60,591 bases of DNA, filler included, from Dugesia japonica (GCA_001938525.1; 5 parts of 5 records of this genome joined end to end with filler, not necessarily neighbours in it); one strand, 5' to 3'. Shown: positions 37,857 to 51,304, counted from the first letter of the whole stretch. Translations and numbers: made by a program. The notes: generated by a model not told the origin, from the letters alone.

Positions 37857-39069
37857 CTAGAAGAAAAATTATTTGAAGGAAATTTAAACACTTTTGCTAA
37901 TTTATTTAATAATTATTATTAGGTAAATCTTACAAAAATAATTTATTTTTGAAATGACAACTAATAATTTGAGACGTATTTTTATTCACATATAAATAAT
38001 AAAATAAACATATGGCAATTAAACTAATTTTCAATTAGAAATTACTTTTATCATTTTCTATTTGTTGAATTGCTTCATAATTATTTATTTCTTTACATCC
38101 CCTTTTTTAAGAAACTTTCTAAGTTATCCACATTTCTCTCCAATCGCTTTCCGTTTTCAAAATCACATTTCGTGAATTTTCTCAAATTTTCGATAAGGAT
38201 CTTCAAATCTATCTTCACTTTTATTTCTTGTTTCTAACTTGATAAGGACATAAACTTCTACGTTGAATTGTCTTTTAATATATACTACTGGAATGTATTC
38301 TTTAGTTCTCTTTAAAGCACCCGACTTATACCACTTTTCTCTGCTGATTTCACACAATATTCAGTTTAAATAATAATATTCAAAGTTCAATGATCACAAT
38401 GATGTAATATTAGTTAGAATATTGATTTTGGATTGCAGATTGAATATGGATTTTTGGATTGTAGGTTGAATGCTGGTTGAATATTGATTTGTATATGTTT
38501 GTACATTCTGTTTGTATACAGGTGTATGTGTACGTGTGTATTTAAGGTTGGTTTTCCCCAACACATTAATAATAGTTACAGGGTTATTCATTTTTATCTT
38601 AACCATTATTCATTTTAATTTTAACCATTATTCATTTTTATATTATCATTGACCAAAATTTTTTACGTTGAATAAAATATATTTATGTAAAATAAAACTG
38701 TCATTAATAATAATTACTCAATTATATAAAAACTCAATTAATATTAAAAAATTCATCATCAAAATATTTCATTTTCTCAATTTCTTTGTCATATTTTCCA
38801 CTATTTCTTAATAATGTTTTCTGTTCATTTATCATAATTTTCTTTATATTCATCATCATAATTCATTTTCTTCATTATTTTCATAATTTTCTTCAGCATT
38901 CTTTGCTTCATTCTTTTAAATAAAATTTCATTTGAAATAATATTTGTAATAAAAAATCACTTCTTTTCTGTTTGGTTTTCAAAATCACATTTACAAAATA
39001 ATTGGAATATTTAAAAAATCCTTTAATAACAGTTTTTTTAAACATATATATTTTTACAATTGCAATAAG

Positions 39070-39221
39070 CTTCGATCAAAATTTGTTCTTTTGATTTTTG
39101 ATAATAATTCTATATTTCGACTTTGTCTTCGTCAGAAATTGACATTTTATCAATTCTGGCGAAGACAAAGTCGAAATATAGAATTATTATCAAAAACCAA
39201 AAGAACAAATTTTGATCGAAG
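39070..39221. repeat. Palindrome with ~72-bp arms, Penelope pseudo-LTR-like
   Basis: 39070-39142 is nearly the exact reverse complement of 39150-39221; single-arm homolog at 35948-36019. Confidence 0.85.
39106..39140 (-). ncRNA. Minimal type-I hammerhead ribozyme motif (Penelope type)
   Basis: AAUUU CUGACGA A GAC-AAA-GUC GAAA UA UA GAAUU: conserved core, 3-bp stem II, 5-bp stem I, loopless palindromic helix III. Confidence 0.6.
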
Positions 39222-40945
39222 GTTTTATTTTAAATAAAATATATATTGTTTTAATTTGTAAAATAATTAATAGAACTACTATATTAATTAATGATAATTT
39301 TCTATAAATTTTAATAAATTTGCTGTTTTAGAATTCTCAATGATTTAATTTATTTAAAAACTTAATAAATTTTAATTAATAAGAAATTAAAACACACGAA
39401 TTAAAATTAATGTATTGAATTTATAAGATGAATTTAAAATGTTTATATGTTGATTCTAAATTTTACTTTGATTGAATAAAATTTCTTTGAAAATTTAATG
39501 AATTAATTGATATGAAATGTTAATAATAGGTTCATGAATAATTAGAATTTCAATGATTGAATAAATTTATATTCCAAAGAGATGATTAATTGTATAATAA
39601 AGCACATTGGAAGGTCTATTTTCAAAGGAATTTTACGTGAATAATTAACTGGTTTATTTGCTGTAAAGTATAGATTAATGGTGAATTGTATGAATTATAG
39701 AGCTGAATACATAGGAAATAATGATTCTAATACTATCAAGATTTATAACCCACTAATTCACTCATATAATTACTTATTTAAACATATTGATTTCAAATGT
39801 CAATATTCCCCTGTTCGCAACTAGATGTGAATTAAATATTTTAATTAATTTGATTTAATAAAAACGGATTATATTGANNNNNNNNNNNNNNNNNNNNNNN
39901 NNNNNNNNNNNNNNNNNNNNNNNNNNNNNNNNNNNNNNNNNTGTACTAAACGGATGTAATGTATTGGCATGGAAAGAAAACAAACTATTATTGAAAAAAA
40001 TGTATGAAAATAATTAACTAATAATTTATTAGTTACTATTTATTTAATAATTTATAACATTTATTCTTTATTTTTATTTTATAACAATTATTGTTAAAAT
40101 TCTATGGGGAGCAACTAATGTTAAAATTTAAATTTGACCATTTCCAAGGAAAATTCCGTAGCAAATAGACTATCACTAGTAAATTCCTTAGCAAATTGAC
40201 CAAAAATGGAATCGATTTGATCTCCACGAGTAATTATTCAACTAAAATCAATGAAACTGATCGAATAGGCTAAAATAAGTAATAATTGTTCCTAATTAAN
40301 TATAATCAACCTCAGCGATTAAATTTTCAATCGAAATTAAAGTCATTTTAAAATATAAAATTTTATTAACAATAATTAATTAAGGTGAACTAATTTTAAT
40401 GTACCCGGGAGCGACTTATATTATTATTATATGAAATTAATTAATTTTAATGGAATTGTTCTCTATGGATTGATTGATTGATCCATTAACGCAAAATAAA
40501 AAGTCTAAAAATTATCACCAACTAAATATCGTGAGAATTATCATCAAACAAGTTTAAAATTATTGCCAATTAAAAAGCCTAAAAATTATCATCACCTGAA
40601 AAGTTTTGAAAAAGTTAACCAGATAACTAACAAACGAAACAGACAGTTCGATCAGATTTTTATTAAATAAATTTTTAGTTTTATATTAGTTTTATATTAG
40701 TTATATTAGTTTTATATCTTATTATTAAGTTTTATACTTTGTTTTTAATTATTTTATGTTACTTGGGGTAAACTCCAAATTAAGTACATTTTTATTAATA
40801 TAACTTTGTATGTATAAGACTTGTTTATTTTTTAACAGTGTTATTCGTAATGAGCAAATACTTTCCAATCTGATTACTTATAATTTTCGATAAAGTTTGG
40901 GTTACTTTTGATTTTTTCATAAAAGTTGGAAATCCGGAGGATAGC

Positions 40946-41750
40946 TGTATATCTTAGTTAGGGAAGCATTTTTGTCGAGACGGTATTTTAGTTTTTTACA
41001 GTCAGTCTTTCCTTTTAAGTTAAATAAAACCAAATTTGAGTTCATACGAGCTATCTCCGCACAGAGAACTGATCGCTAAATTCTGAAATTTGATATTTTT
41101 TTAGACAAAACCTCATTTATTTCAGCCAGAACATGGTTTGATGATTTTAGGTTAACATATTTGGAACCAATTTAAAATTCTCTATCGAATAGACCCTTTT
41201 TTAAAACTAGTTTTGGTAGGAAAATTTTTCAAAAAATTCAGTATAAAATACTGGAATAATCAAAAATGATCGCCGTACAATTCTGGAATTGATTAATGTA
41301 AAATATCCAAATGTTAAAAAATTGAAAAAATTATTTTCGAAAGTTTGGATGTTCACCCTGATTTCATAAAAAATTTGATTTAAAAAATTTAACAATTTGA
41401 AAATTTACACAAATTTGGATTTGCCATCGGTTTTCATTAAAAAATTGAAAAAGTTAAAAATTTTACAAAATTTGGGTTGTTCGACCGGATTTACAAAAAT
41501 TTGACCGATTTCGTAAAAATTGTATGAAAAATCTAGCTCAGTGTATAAAAGTCGCAGCGCACTTACGGAATTATTAGCGATATTTATGAAAAATATTTCT
41601 CCCAACTAAATATACAGGGAAATCGCACCTCACTTCCGTAATATTACCTAATATGATGCATTTTTTAAATTCCCAACTATATATACAGGGATTAAGTTTC
41701 ATTACATTACTAATCCTGGGGGAGCTGAGCTGGTGCACCACTATCTACCC
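40946..41750. repeat. Non-autonomous element with short inverted subterminal motifs
   Basis: CTGTATATCTTAGTTAGGGA (~40947) vs TCCCAACTAAATATACAGGG (~41600, variant at ~41671); CTATCTACC terminal motif at ~41741. Confidence 0.4.
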
Positions 41751-41834
41751 TTTTGCAAAATAGGTTATCTAATTACTTAAAGTTTTTTAAAATTAACTAA
41801 ATCAATAATATTTCAACAAATATGTTTAAATATT

Positions 41835-43430
41835 ATATCTAACACCCCCAGCTTCGTAATCTTTTCAAACATCTGATTTTTAGCCACTCAATCCTTCGTG
41901 ATTTATTGATTCAATAATAATTTGAAAGCACTTGATGTGGACTTATAAACTTTAATATTTTAAAAGGATCTTAATATTTGTATCTATTTTGCTTTAAATT
42001 GTGAGGTTCCACTTTTACTAGAACTTCTTAACAAAATTCCAATATATTATTTTATCTGATTCATATTCATTTAGTTTTTGTGCACTATTTTAAATTTTTT
42101 ATCAACTAATTCTCTAACTTCACCACTACTTGNNNNNNNNNNNNNNNNNNNTCCATGAAGTATAGTTTTTCTTCCATAAATTATTTCAAACGGTGATACT
42201 CCAGCCGCTTTTTGTTGGGTTGCATTAATCAAAAATTGAATTCAAGGTAATAAAACTTATCTATCCACTTTTTATTGTAGTAACAATCATATCTCTTAGG
42301 GTCGGGATCGTTCTTTCTGCCAACCTGTTTGATTGATGTTGGTATGGAGACGAAAATTCTTGTGTAATTCCAAATTTCTGAGTCATTCCTTTCATCAATT
42401 GCCCTTCAAATATTTTGCCTCTATCTATCAGTATGGATTTGGGTTTGCTGAAAATATATACAATTCTCTTTTATTGATTCAACTACAGATTTTTCGTCTT
42501 GTTTTGTCAGGCTGACAGGCTAACAAATTTGCTGTATCCATCTATCATAACTAAAACATATTTCTCTTTAATTTTGATTCATCAAAATGAGCTATATCAA
42601 TGACAATCTGTTCTAACGCTCCAAATTCTGTTCGAGGTAGTAAAATTCTTTTGTTTTGCCAGTATATGTTTTTCGTTTATTGAAAATTAAGAATTTTTAA
42701 AACTCATGTTCAATCGTGCTGAATATATCTGGGCAAAATTAAGTTTGAATATTTTCAGTTAATTTCTTCGTTCCCAATTGACATAATTCTTCATGAATGT
42801 ACTTTATTAAATCAACCACTGATTTACCGGCTAAAACAATNNNNNNNNNNNNNNNNNNNNNNNNNNNNNNNNNNNNNNNNNNNCATAACGAATTCATCAA
42901 TATCTCTAAAGTATTGACTTTTATTTAAATTTTTACTAACTTGGAAACTATTTATCATTAATATATTTAATTATTTTTTTGGTAATTTGATCATTACTTG
43001 GAATTTTTATGATACTCTCTTTATCATAATTAGAGCTTTCTGCAATATTTATTCTTCTATGTCTAGATTTTTTATGTTATTTTTATATTATTTCTTTTTG
43101 CATCTAGATGAGTCATCAGACATTAAGTGCATAAACTTTCTCCTATTCTTGAAAATCCACCAGCATTCCCATGATCAATNCCTTTAAAAAATTGAAGATC
43201 AAAATCAAATTCTGCTAGGTTTGTAATCCACGCCTAGAACTGTGAACTAATTGGCTTAATTGTTTTCTTCCTAAACACTAATGCCTTATGATCGGTTCTG
43301 GCTATAAACCTTTATCCTTAAAGATAATGCTTGAAATGAATCATAAATTTGTGTAAACGTTCTTTATTATTAGTTCTTTCCTGGTTACACAATAACCCTT
43401 TCTAAAATCATCCAAAAACGAGATGCATAA
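41835..43430 (-). mobile_element. Ty3/gypsy pol pseudogene (RNase H, integrase) with polypurine tract and 3' LTR start
   Basis: IAYASR..TRKE, RTDHKAL, EQIVIDIAH, ILIDRGKIF, SPYQHQSNRLAERTI, SPFEIIYGR; GAAGCTGGGGG-TGTTAGA at ~41845. Confidence 0.9.
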
Positions 43431-44129
43431 GCAATAAAAATTTAATCCAATATGGAATTGATCACATTAATTAGATGATAATATCCTAAGTTGATCCAAA
43501 ATTGTCTAAGATAATGATATAATGCGTTCAGTGTAGTGGTTGTAAAATTAAAATGATGAAAAAAATAATGGAAAACCTTAGCNATTATGAAAAGTACTAC
43601 ATGTATATGACATGGGATGAAAGAATTTAAAATCCTGTATGAAAATTAATAAATCAAAACTGGTGATGATTGATCTTCCTTATGTTTTAAATTTTGTTTA
43701 TGAGATGGTCGTAAGGTTATTTAATAATGTATCGCACTTAATTTCTTTCAGTTATATTTTAATTTTGTAAAGGTCTTTGTTTTATTTATTTATATTGTTA
43801 TTTCATTTATAAATTTCTTAAAATTAAGTAATCAACGTATAAGGCTTTCAATTATTAAAAGGATTACTTTAAAATTTTAGTTTGAAATTATTTGACTTTT
43901 TATTCATGTTATCGTTATTTGGATTATAATTTTTATTAAAATAAGGTTTTGGATTGCTTTTAAATGATTGCTTTTATATTTTAGTTTATGTTATAGAAGA
44001 AGACAGATAAATTCCAACTTTTATTAATAATCAAAAGCTGAGCTCTTTATTCATAATATTTAAACAACAACTAATTCGATAATTAGTTGTTTTACAAATA
44101 TTCATTTTTAATTATAATAAACGAATATA

Positions 44130-44520
44130 TCGCATTCCCCTTCAATAACTAATTGTATTTGGGATTTGGATTTCTAGTAGAGCGAGTTGGATATCTTTTC
44201 TTACTGACTTATTTGTTTGTTACTCTCCTGCTCTGAATACTTGTACTTTGAAATATTGTCGTCTCGTNATTCTTGTCAACTTGCAGAATGTGTTTGATCT
44301 GATTATATTTTTTTTGTATTACTTGCTGACATTTTCACTTTTTAAGACATAAGACCACTCGTTTTAATTGAAATAATCATGGAAGGTCCAATAAAATTTT
44401 GACCAAATCCTTCTCTGTGTTCGTTTCTCACCATTAACCGATCTCCCACATTTAGTTTCTTATTCCATCTTGTTCTGCCATAATTTTCTGCTCTTTTATC
44501 ATTCATTGTTTCCACATTAT
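44130..44520 (-). mobile_element. Ty3/gypsy integrase C-terminus (GPY/F-like) with polypurine tract
   Basis: KLNVGDRLMVRN..FGQNFIGPSMII; TTGAAGGGGAA-TG at ~44135. Confidence 0.6.
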
Positions 44521-45382
44521 TTTCAAAAATTCAAATAATTTAATCAAAGAATCAAAAGCAACTAATTAACAAAACTATTTTTAACAAAAGTGACATTAAA
44601 CTCTAAAAAATAATTATTTATAGCATCAGTTTAATATTCGTCTTTCTTTTCTTTTGGATTTGATTTTTCACTTTTGATTGTCAAAAAATTGCTTCAATCT
44701 GTTTTCTCAGTTCTTGGTTGCTGAAATAATACCAGTTTAATATTTCTTTTTCTTTCACTGTGGATTTGATTCTTTTATTTTCAGAATTTATGTCATTAGT
44801 TCAAAATTTGAGACTGTTGTTAAGTTTTCTTCATTATTATTATTCATTTACTCCCAATCTTCAGCGTTGTAAAATTTCAATTCAGTTTCTCTTCTTTTTT
44901 AAAATTTTCTGGCGGTTGCCAAGTTTGTATTTTAAATTTGTTTTTGTAATTTATATTTCAATTATTTTTATTCTGTCAATATTTATTATTGATCATCATT
45001 TTTATTTTATAAATATTTTATCTATAATAACTATAATTATACGTGTGTGTATTTATATGCAATATAATCATTTTTATTTATGTATATATACATGCACTTT
45101 TTTTAAAGAAATAAAAAATACAACATTACAAACGGTAAAAGGCAAACATATTTGTAGAAAAAATCAATCACTCCCATAATTTACTTAAACCCAGTTGAAT
45201 TATAAGGCAAAGTTATATCTATTCTTATCATTTCAAAAGGTTCATTTGAGACTAGATTCTGTAGAGGAGCTCTGATTCGACCATTTAAGTATTTATTTCT
45301 TTGACAATACTCATATTTTCCAATGTACTTCTTTATATTGGCTGTCATATTTGGTAAAAAATAATCACACGTAATAACGTCT

Positions 45383-45482
45383 NNNNNNNNNNNNNNNNNN
45401 NNNNNNNNNNNNNNNNNNNNNNNNNNTTAATTAATTAANNNNNNNNNNNNNNNNNNNNNNNNNNNNNNNNNNNNNNNNNNNN
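45383..45482. other. Artificial assembly linker N44-TTAATTAATTAA-N44
   Basis: Same 100-bp structure. Confidence 0.95.
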
Positions 45483-45483
45483 A

Positions 45484-45660
45484 ATAAGAAAAATGTCACT
45501 TATAAAATTACATGCACCATTTGTCAAGAAACATATATAGGTGAAACATGCAGAACGATCCGAACAAGAGTTAAAGAACATTTGAAACAAAAAGAAAGTG
45601 AAGTATTTAAACAATTTCAACACAAACATAAAATTTCACCATAACAACATCACATTACAT
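45484..45660 (+). mobile_element. Penelope-like element GIY-YIG endonuclease fragment
   Basis: KNVTYKITCTICQETYIGETCRTIRTRVKEHLKQKESEVFKQF (VYxIxCxxC..YIGET.R...RxxEH). Confidence 0.88.
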
Positions 45661-45981
45661 GGAAAACACTAGGAACAGGCTACATTTCNNNNNNNNNNNN
45701 NNNNNNNNNNNNNNNNNNNNNNNNNNNNNNNNNNNNNNNNNNNNNNNNNNNNNNNNNNNNNNNNNNNNNNNNNNNNNNNNNNNNNNNNNNNNNNNNNNNN
45801 NNNNNNNNNNNNNNNNNNNNNNNNNNNNNNNNNNNNNNNNNNNNNNNNNNNNNNNNNNNNNNNNNNNNNNNNNNNNNNNNNNNNNNNNNNNNNNNNNNNN
45901 NNNNNNNNNNNNNNNNNNNNNNNNNNNNNNNNNNNNNNNNNNNNNNNNNNNNNNNNNNNNNNNNNNNNNNNNNNNNNNNNN

Positions 45982-46039
<58 letters not shown>

Positions 46040-46492
46040 GAGAAATATACATAAACTAGATTATTTGAGCATTTTAAAGTAATTGGGGAAATTAATTTGC
46101 AATTTATTGTTAATCGAAGTAAATGATATTCATGATTTTAAAAAATTACTTGATGGTTGACTTTGTGAATATTGAATATGATCTGAAATAATTCAAATAC
46201 GTATTAAATGTCATATAATTAACAAAAACTAATTCTAACTAATACGAAAGTGTAATAGTGAAAATATAATAATTTGGTAAAAGACAAATTGCAAAGGACG
46301 ATTCAAAACTTTAAAAGTTCAAAATTTGTTTTGAAAGTATTGAAAGAACAAAATTGCTTTAATAAATAAAGTTTTAATTGGAAATTCGGTGAGTAATATT
46401 GATTAAATGTTAATATTACCTAGCGTCATTAATCGTAACATGATCCGAGAGAAATTTAATTTAAAAATCATTAATTTCACTTAATTTAAACA

Positions 46493-46558
<66 letters not shown>

Positions 46559-46608
46559 NNNNNNNNNNNNNNNNNNNNNNNNNNNNNNNNNNNNNNNNNN
46601 NNNNNNNN

Positions 46609-46656
<48 letters not shown>

Positions 46657-46824
46657 TTGTTAGATGAGTTTGAAACACTCATCGGATAATTAATGTTAAA
46701 ACTCGTTTCCATAAAAGATTTATTAATAAAACAAAACTATATCCAACACTATTTGTTTATTCAAATATGTTTTAATTAATTTGTTTTAATTAGAAAATTT
46801 AAAACTAAATAATCATTTGTTATG

Positions 46825-46945
46825 TATCGCATTTACTCCTTGAACTGTTGTTGGATATCTGAACTGCTCAAATAATTAATCCAAGTTTGAAACTGAGATA
46901 TGATCGGTTTCTTGGTATTTAGAATAAAAGTAACAGCTTTATGGT
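46825..46945 (-). mobile_element. Small Ty3/gypsy RNase H fragment
   Basis: NHKAVTFILNTKKPIISQFQTWINYLSS, homologous to RTDHKALVF..KPISSQF*AWITNL at ~43210-43300. Confidence 0.6.
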
Positions 46946-47331
46946 TTAATAAATTTTATAATAAATTTATGTTTAAAAATTGAAATGGTTTAGAAAATAG
47001 TTAATATAAATTAATTACTAATTTTTTAAAACAATGTATATTTATTATAATATTTATTTTAAAACTTATATTTATCAATTAAAATTTGAAATATATTAAA
47101 TTGATGAAATATTTTTTAATAAACTATTAATTTCTATTAAACTAAAAATATTAAAAGTATGTTTGATGTGCGAATTTTTTAGGTTTGTCTGAAAAACAAA
47201 TTTATATAATCATATTTTTGTGTTGTCTTGCGTTGCAATAAATTTTGCAATTGAAAAGTGTTTGTCATATGAATTAAACGATAAGTGTAACAAACTCATT
47301 TAACAATAATAATAATCATAACCAAACTTAC

Positions 47332-47623
47332 CCAATATTTTTTTAGACAGATTCTCAATATTGTCCTTTATATCTAAAGAAAAATGAATGTCAATAATTC
47401 TTACAAATATTAACACTTGTCCTATGAGATAATATGAAGAAGAAATGAAAAATAAAACTTGCAGGAATAAACTTCTCACTTCTAAAATAAGAAGGTAATT
47501 TAAATGGATTTACTTATTATTATCTGCCAATGAATGACAAAAGTTTGAGGATACTGATGCCCCAACTAAAATTTCAATTATGAAATAAATAAATAGCAGA
47601 ATAGTGGATAAATAGTAGCGCAT
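47332..47623 (-). CDS. 5' exons of an unidentified secreted or membrane protein (47623-47514, 47481-47405, 47373-47332)
   Basis: MRYYLSTILLFIYFIIEILVGASVSS (signal-peptide-like), frame stays open across 32-nt and 31-nt GT-AG introns, ends at a GTAAGT donor. Confidence 0.6.
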
Positions 47624-48439
47624 ATAAACAGTTTCACTTAAACAAAAAGATATATTCGTAAAATATACTAATAGGTGGATAGTATCACAATACATCAACC
47701 TTCGTCCTGCCACGAAAAGAGGTAAGAAATTATGTTAAAATTTTTGTTTTCTTTATGGAAATTTTTTTAAAAATACTTTAGCGAGCAAGTGTTAGAAATT
47801 TAAAAAAACAGGGTACAGTGTGCCTGATTAGGTTGAATGTAATACTTATGTATTTTGGAGCTATTTCCATTAAACTGTGCCCAATTAAATCAATCTCAAT
47901 CATACCAGCATTTATTCAAAAAATTTAAAATAACTTTGCCAGGAACTGAGTTTTTCAATAGGGAATTTTTAAGAAAATAAGAATAGAACAAAATGTGCAT
48001 CTCAGCCTTCCGTGTGTATAGATAGAAAAGCCCTGTTTTTCAAAAGTTTTAAAAAGTTTTTGGAAAAATATTTTGAAACCAAGAAAATTATTTCTAAATC
48101 TGTAAACCAAATTTCTATTAACGTGAAATAATTTAATAAAAAGATCTATAAGTCTAATAAATACCAAAAAGTTAAATATAAGCTAAATAATTAAAAATTA
48201 ATATTAACCTATAATTTCTTGAAATTTTTTCTCCAAATTTCCTAGAATAAAATAAATTTTAAATATTTAACTAAAATTGATTCACTTCAAAATTTACTTT
48301 AGAAATAATATCTAAAACAAAAAATATTGATCGAAGGTTTTAATTTAATGAAATTTCAAACACGAACAATGTTTAAGTCTGATAATTATTGATTAATTCT
48401 TAATAAACTAGAATAAATCGATACTTCTATTATTTATTA

Positions 48440-48501
<62 letters not shown>

Positions 48502-48551
48502 NNNNNNNNNNNNNNNNNNNNNNNNNNNNNNNNNNNNNNNNNNNNNNNNNN

Positions 48552-48622
<71 letters not shown>

Positions 48623-49418
48623 AATGATTCATTCATTTTTGATTCTAATTCTTAAAAATCGAGAATAAATCAATAAAATAAATAATTAAAAGTACTATTT
48701 TGATACTTTCTTTTTCTGCTTTCAACTAATGTGTATTGCAAATGATCTAAAATGTTGAATTTTAAAAAAATGAAATAGATTTTGAAAATATTAATTTTAA
48801 TACTGTAATATTTTTTAAAGTTTTTTTAAAAGTTTTAAAACTTTAATTTGACACGTTTAATTAACGAGTTTGAAAATAGTTTCTTTCCGAAAATAATATT
48901 TAAATTTTAAAATTATGAATTAATAAGAAATTATTTTTATAATTTATTATTAAAACTAGTAAAATTAAGTTGTTATTGTTTTAAATGACTTTTTAAAGAA
49001 ATTAATTAAAGAGAAGTTTAGAACCGTAAATAGAATAATACTATATATTTATTTTAATCAAATATAAAACAATATTTTCAGAACCAATTTGTTATAATTA
49101 ATAAACTTTTATGGATAATTTTTTAGAAAATATTACATTAACTAATAAATAAAAATATTGTAAAATCACGATATGCATTTTACGGAGGATTAATGTAAAT
49201 TTAATAAAAATAAACTCTCGAATTTTGGACAAATTCGATGAGTCACATCTTATGTGTCTTGGAAAAGATTTTAATTAATAAAATGTATAAAAAAAATTTT
49301 TAAAATAAATTTAAATGAAATATACCTTGTTTTTTAGTTAAATACCGTTGGGAAAATTTAGCTAGAAAATATAAAATAAATTAAATATAAAGATGAAATT
49401 AATTTAATAAATTTTAAT

Positions 49419-50430
49419 AGTAGATAGATAGGGGCGCACGTAGCCACCTGTGTGTAAAATTATTACATAACTTTTCTTATGTAAATACCAGAAGCCACAC
49501 ATTGGTGTGTATTATGTAATGTATTATATAGTGGCTACGAATGTATATGATTAAGTCGAGGAATAAATTACATAACATTTGCTCATATTTTTTTTGAATA
49601 GTTAACCGAAATATTTAAGTTTTTGTACGGTTTTCTACAGTTATTCTTCGAGAAGGTTTATTTTTGTAAGATTTTGGACACTAATTTCCTCGGGTTGGTC
49701 TGTATGAATTGAATTTTTACGGAAATTCGTTGGGAAATAGACAAATTTGTTTAAATAATTAAAAATTTTCGGCAAACAACTCAAATTTGAAAAAAATAAT
49801 TGTCGAGATTTACATCAATCGAGTCAGAATGATGTTGGGATCATTTCTAGCTAAAAATAATTTTTTCGAAAAATATTTTGTTCTCGAATTTAATTATCAA
49901 CCAGTCTATTCAATAGAGAATCTTTCACTGATCATGACTGGCCTAGTTAAAAATCGACAAACTCTGTTGTGTGCTGAAGAAATTAAGAAAAGCATGTGAT
50001 TTTTCGAGATTTTTTGAAAATATTTCGTCTTTGATCTTAACGAAACAAACATTATTCCATAGAGAATTTTTCACTAATCAAGAAAATCATCACCTTAAAT
50101 CGCTTAACTTAATTTCGACTGATAAAATTTGAAAAACCATGGCCAAAAATCCTGAAGAGGCTTAACCGACACAAATAAAAAATTAATTTTTCTAATTTTC
50201 ATCCAAATTTAATGATCTAAATAGTATTCGATAGATAATTTTTCATTGATCAAGACTCTATACGGCAAAAGTATCAAATTAAATTACTTCAAAAATATTG
50301 TACATTTTGTAATTCTCAATAATTAATTAAAAAATAAAAAAGTATCTCTAAAAAGTATAATCAAACTATCTATTCGATAGAGAAATTTACGGTAATTAAC
50401 AATATCATCACCTAAAATCGTCAAACCTTA
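49419..50430 (+). repeat. Non-coding element with degenerate ~150-170-bp internal tandem units
   Basis: Starts AGTAGATAGATAGGGGCGCAC; ATTC.ATAGA.AAT.TTTCA.T.ATCA motif recurs at ~49908, 50054, 50226 and more degenerately 50372. Confidence 0.5.
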
Positions 50431-50477
50431 TAAGTAGATGGTTACGGGTAGACTGGAAAAAAGAATACCGTCTTCCA

Positions 50478-50722
50478 GTAGCCGTGAAATTTCACACTTT
50501 AATGTATACTGGACACCCGTTATGGTTTATAGTAGCCGTGAAAATTTCAAACTTTAACGTATACTGGAACAATGAATGCCACTACACAATAGCTGTAAAA
50601 TTACATACTTTAATGTACACTGTGACCCTGACGTGTGAATTTTGGATATGTCGTAGACTTTGAACAAAGAATGCAGTCACACGGTAGCTGTGAAATTTCA
50701 CACTTTAATGTAAACTGTGACA
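50478..50722 (+). repeat. Four ~36-bp direct repeats separated by non-identical spacers
   Basis: RTAGCYGTRAAATTWCAHACTTTAAYGTAHACTG-like units at 50478, 50532, 50590, 50683. Confidence 0.8.
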
Positions 50723-51304
50723 CCTTACTTGTTAATTTTTTTTCACCTTAATATAAACAGTAAACANNNNNNNNNNNNNNNNNNNNNNNNNNNNNNTGCT
50801 GTCAATTTTCATACATTAAATTAGAAAATTGATTTTAATATTTTTATTATTTTTTTAATTGCAGGAATTGAGTTTTTACGCATTTTGCATGAAATTATAT
50901 AATATTAATAATGTACTTGTCAAGTTATACATGAATTTTCAAACTTTTAAGTTTTTAATAGACAGCAAATAAAAGAAATATTTTATTTCAACGATGACAA
51001 ATATTGTACACATAGTTTTAAACATTTTTTATAAGCACANNNNNNNNNNNNNNNNNNNNNNNNNNNNNNNNNNNNNNNNNNNNNNNNNNNNNNNNTTATA
51101 ATTGACTAATCGAAGACTCGGGAAAAAGTGTTTGAGAGTGTTGATTTTCTTTCTATTTACATGATCAAGTACATAAACAATTAGTAGTTAGGAATTGCTT
51201 GCAAGTCATTGAGAATATGAGTTGGATCGAATTTGCAGTAACCATCAATCCATTCCACTGCTATGCTGTCCTCCAACAACTTCCTTTATTGCATTAATGG
51301 TATT

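Noticed and set aside
44760-45179. 139-aa hydrophobic ORF
   Set aside because: Low-complexity T-rich strand opposite an A-rich repeat; no motifs
50478-50722. CRISPR array
   Set aside because: Repeats are degenerate, spacers irregular (about 18, 21, 57 bp), no cas genes, and the context is eukaryotic; kept only as a repeat cluster
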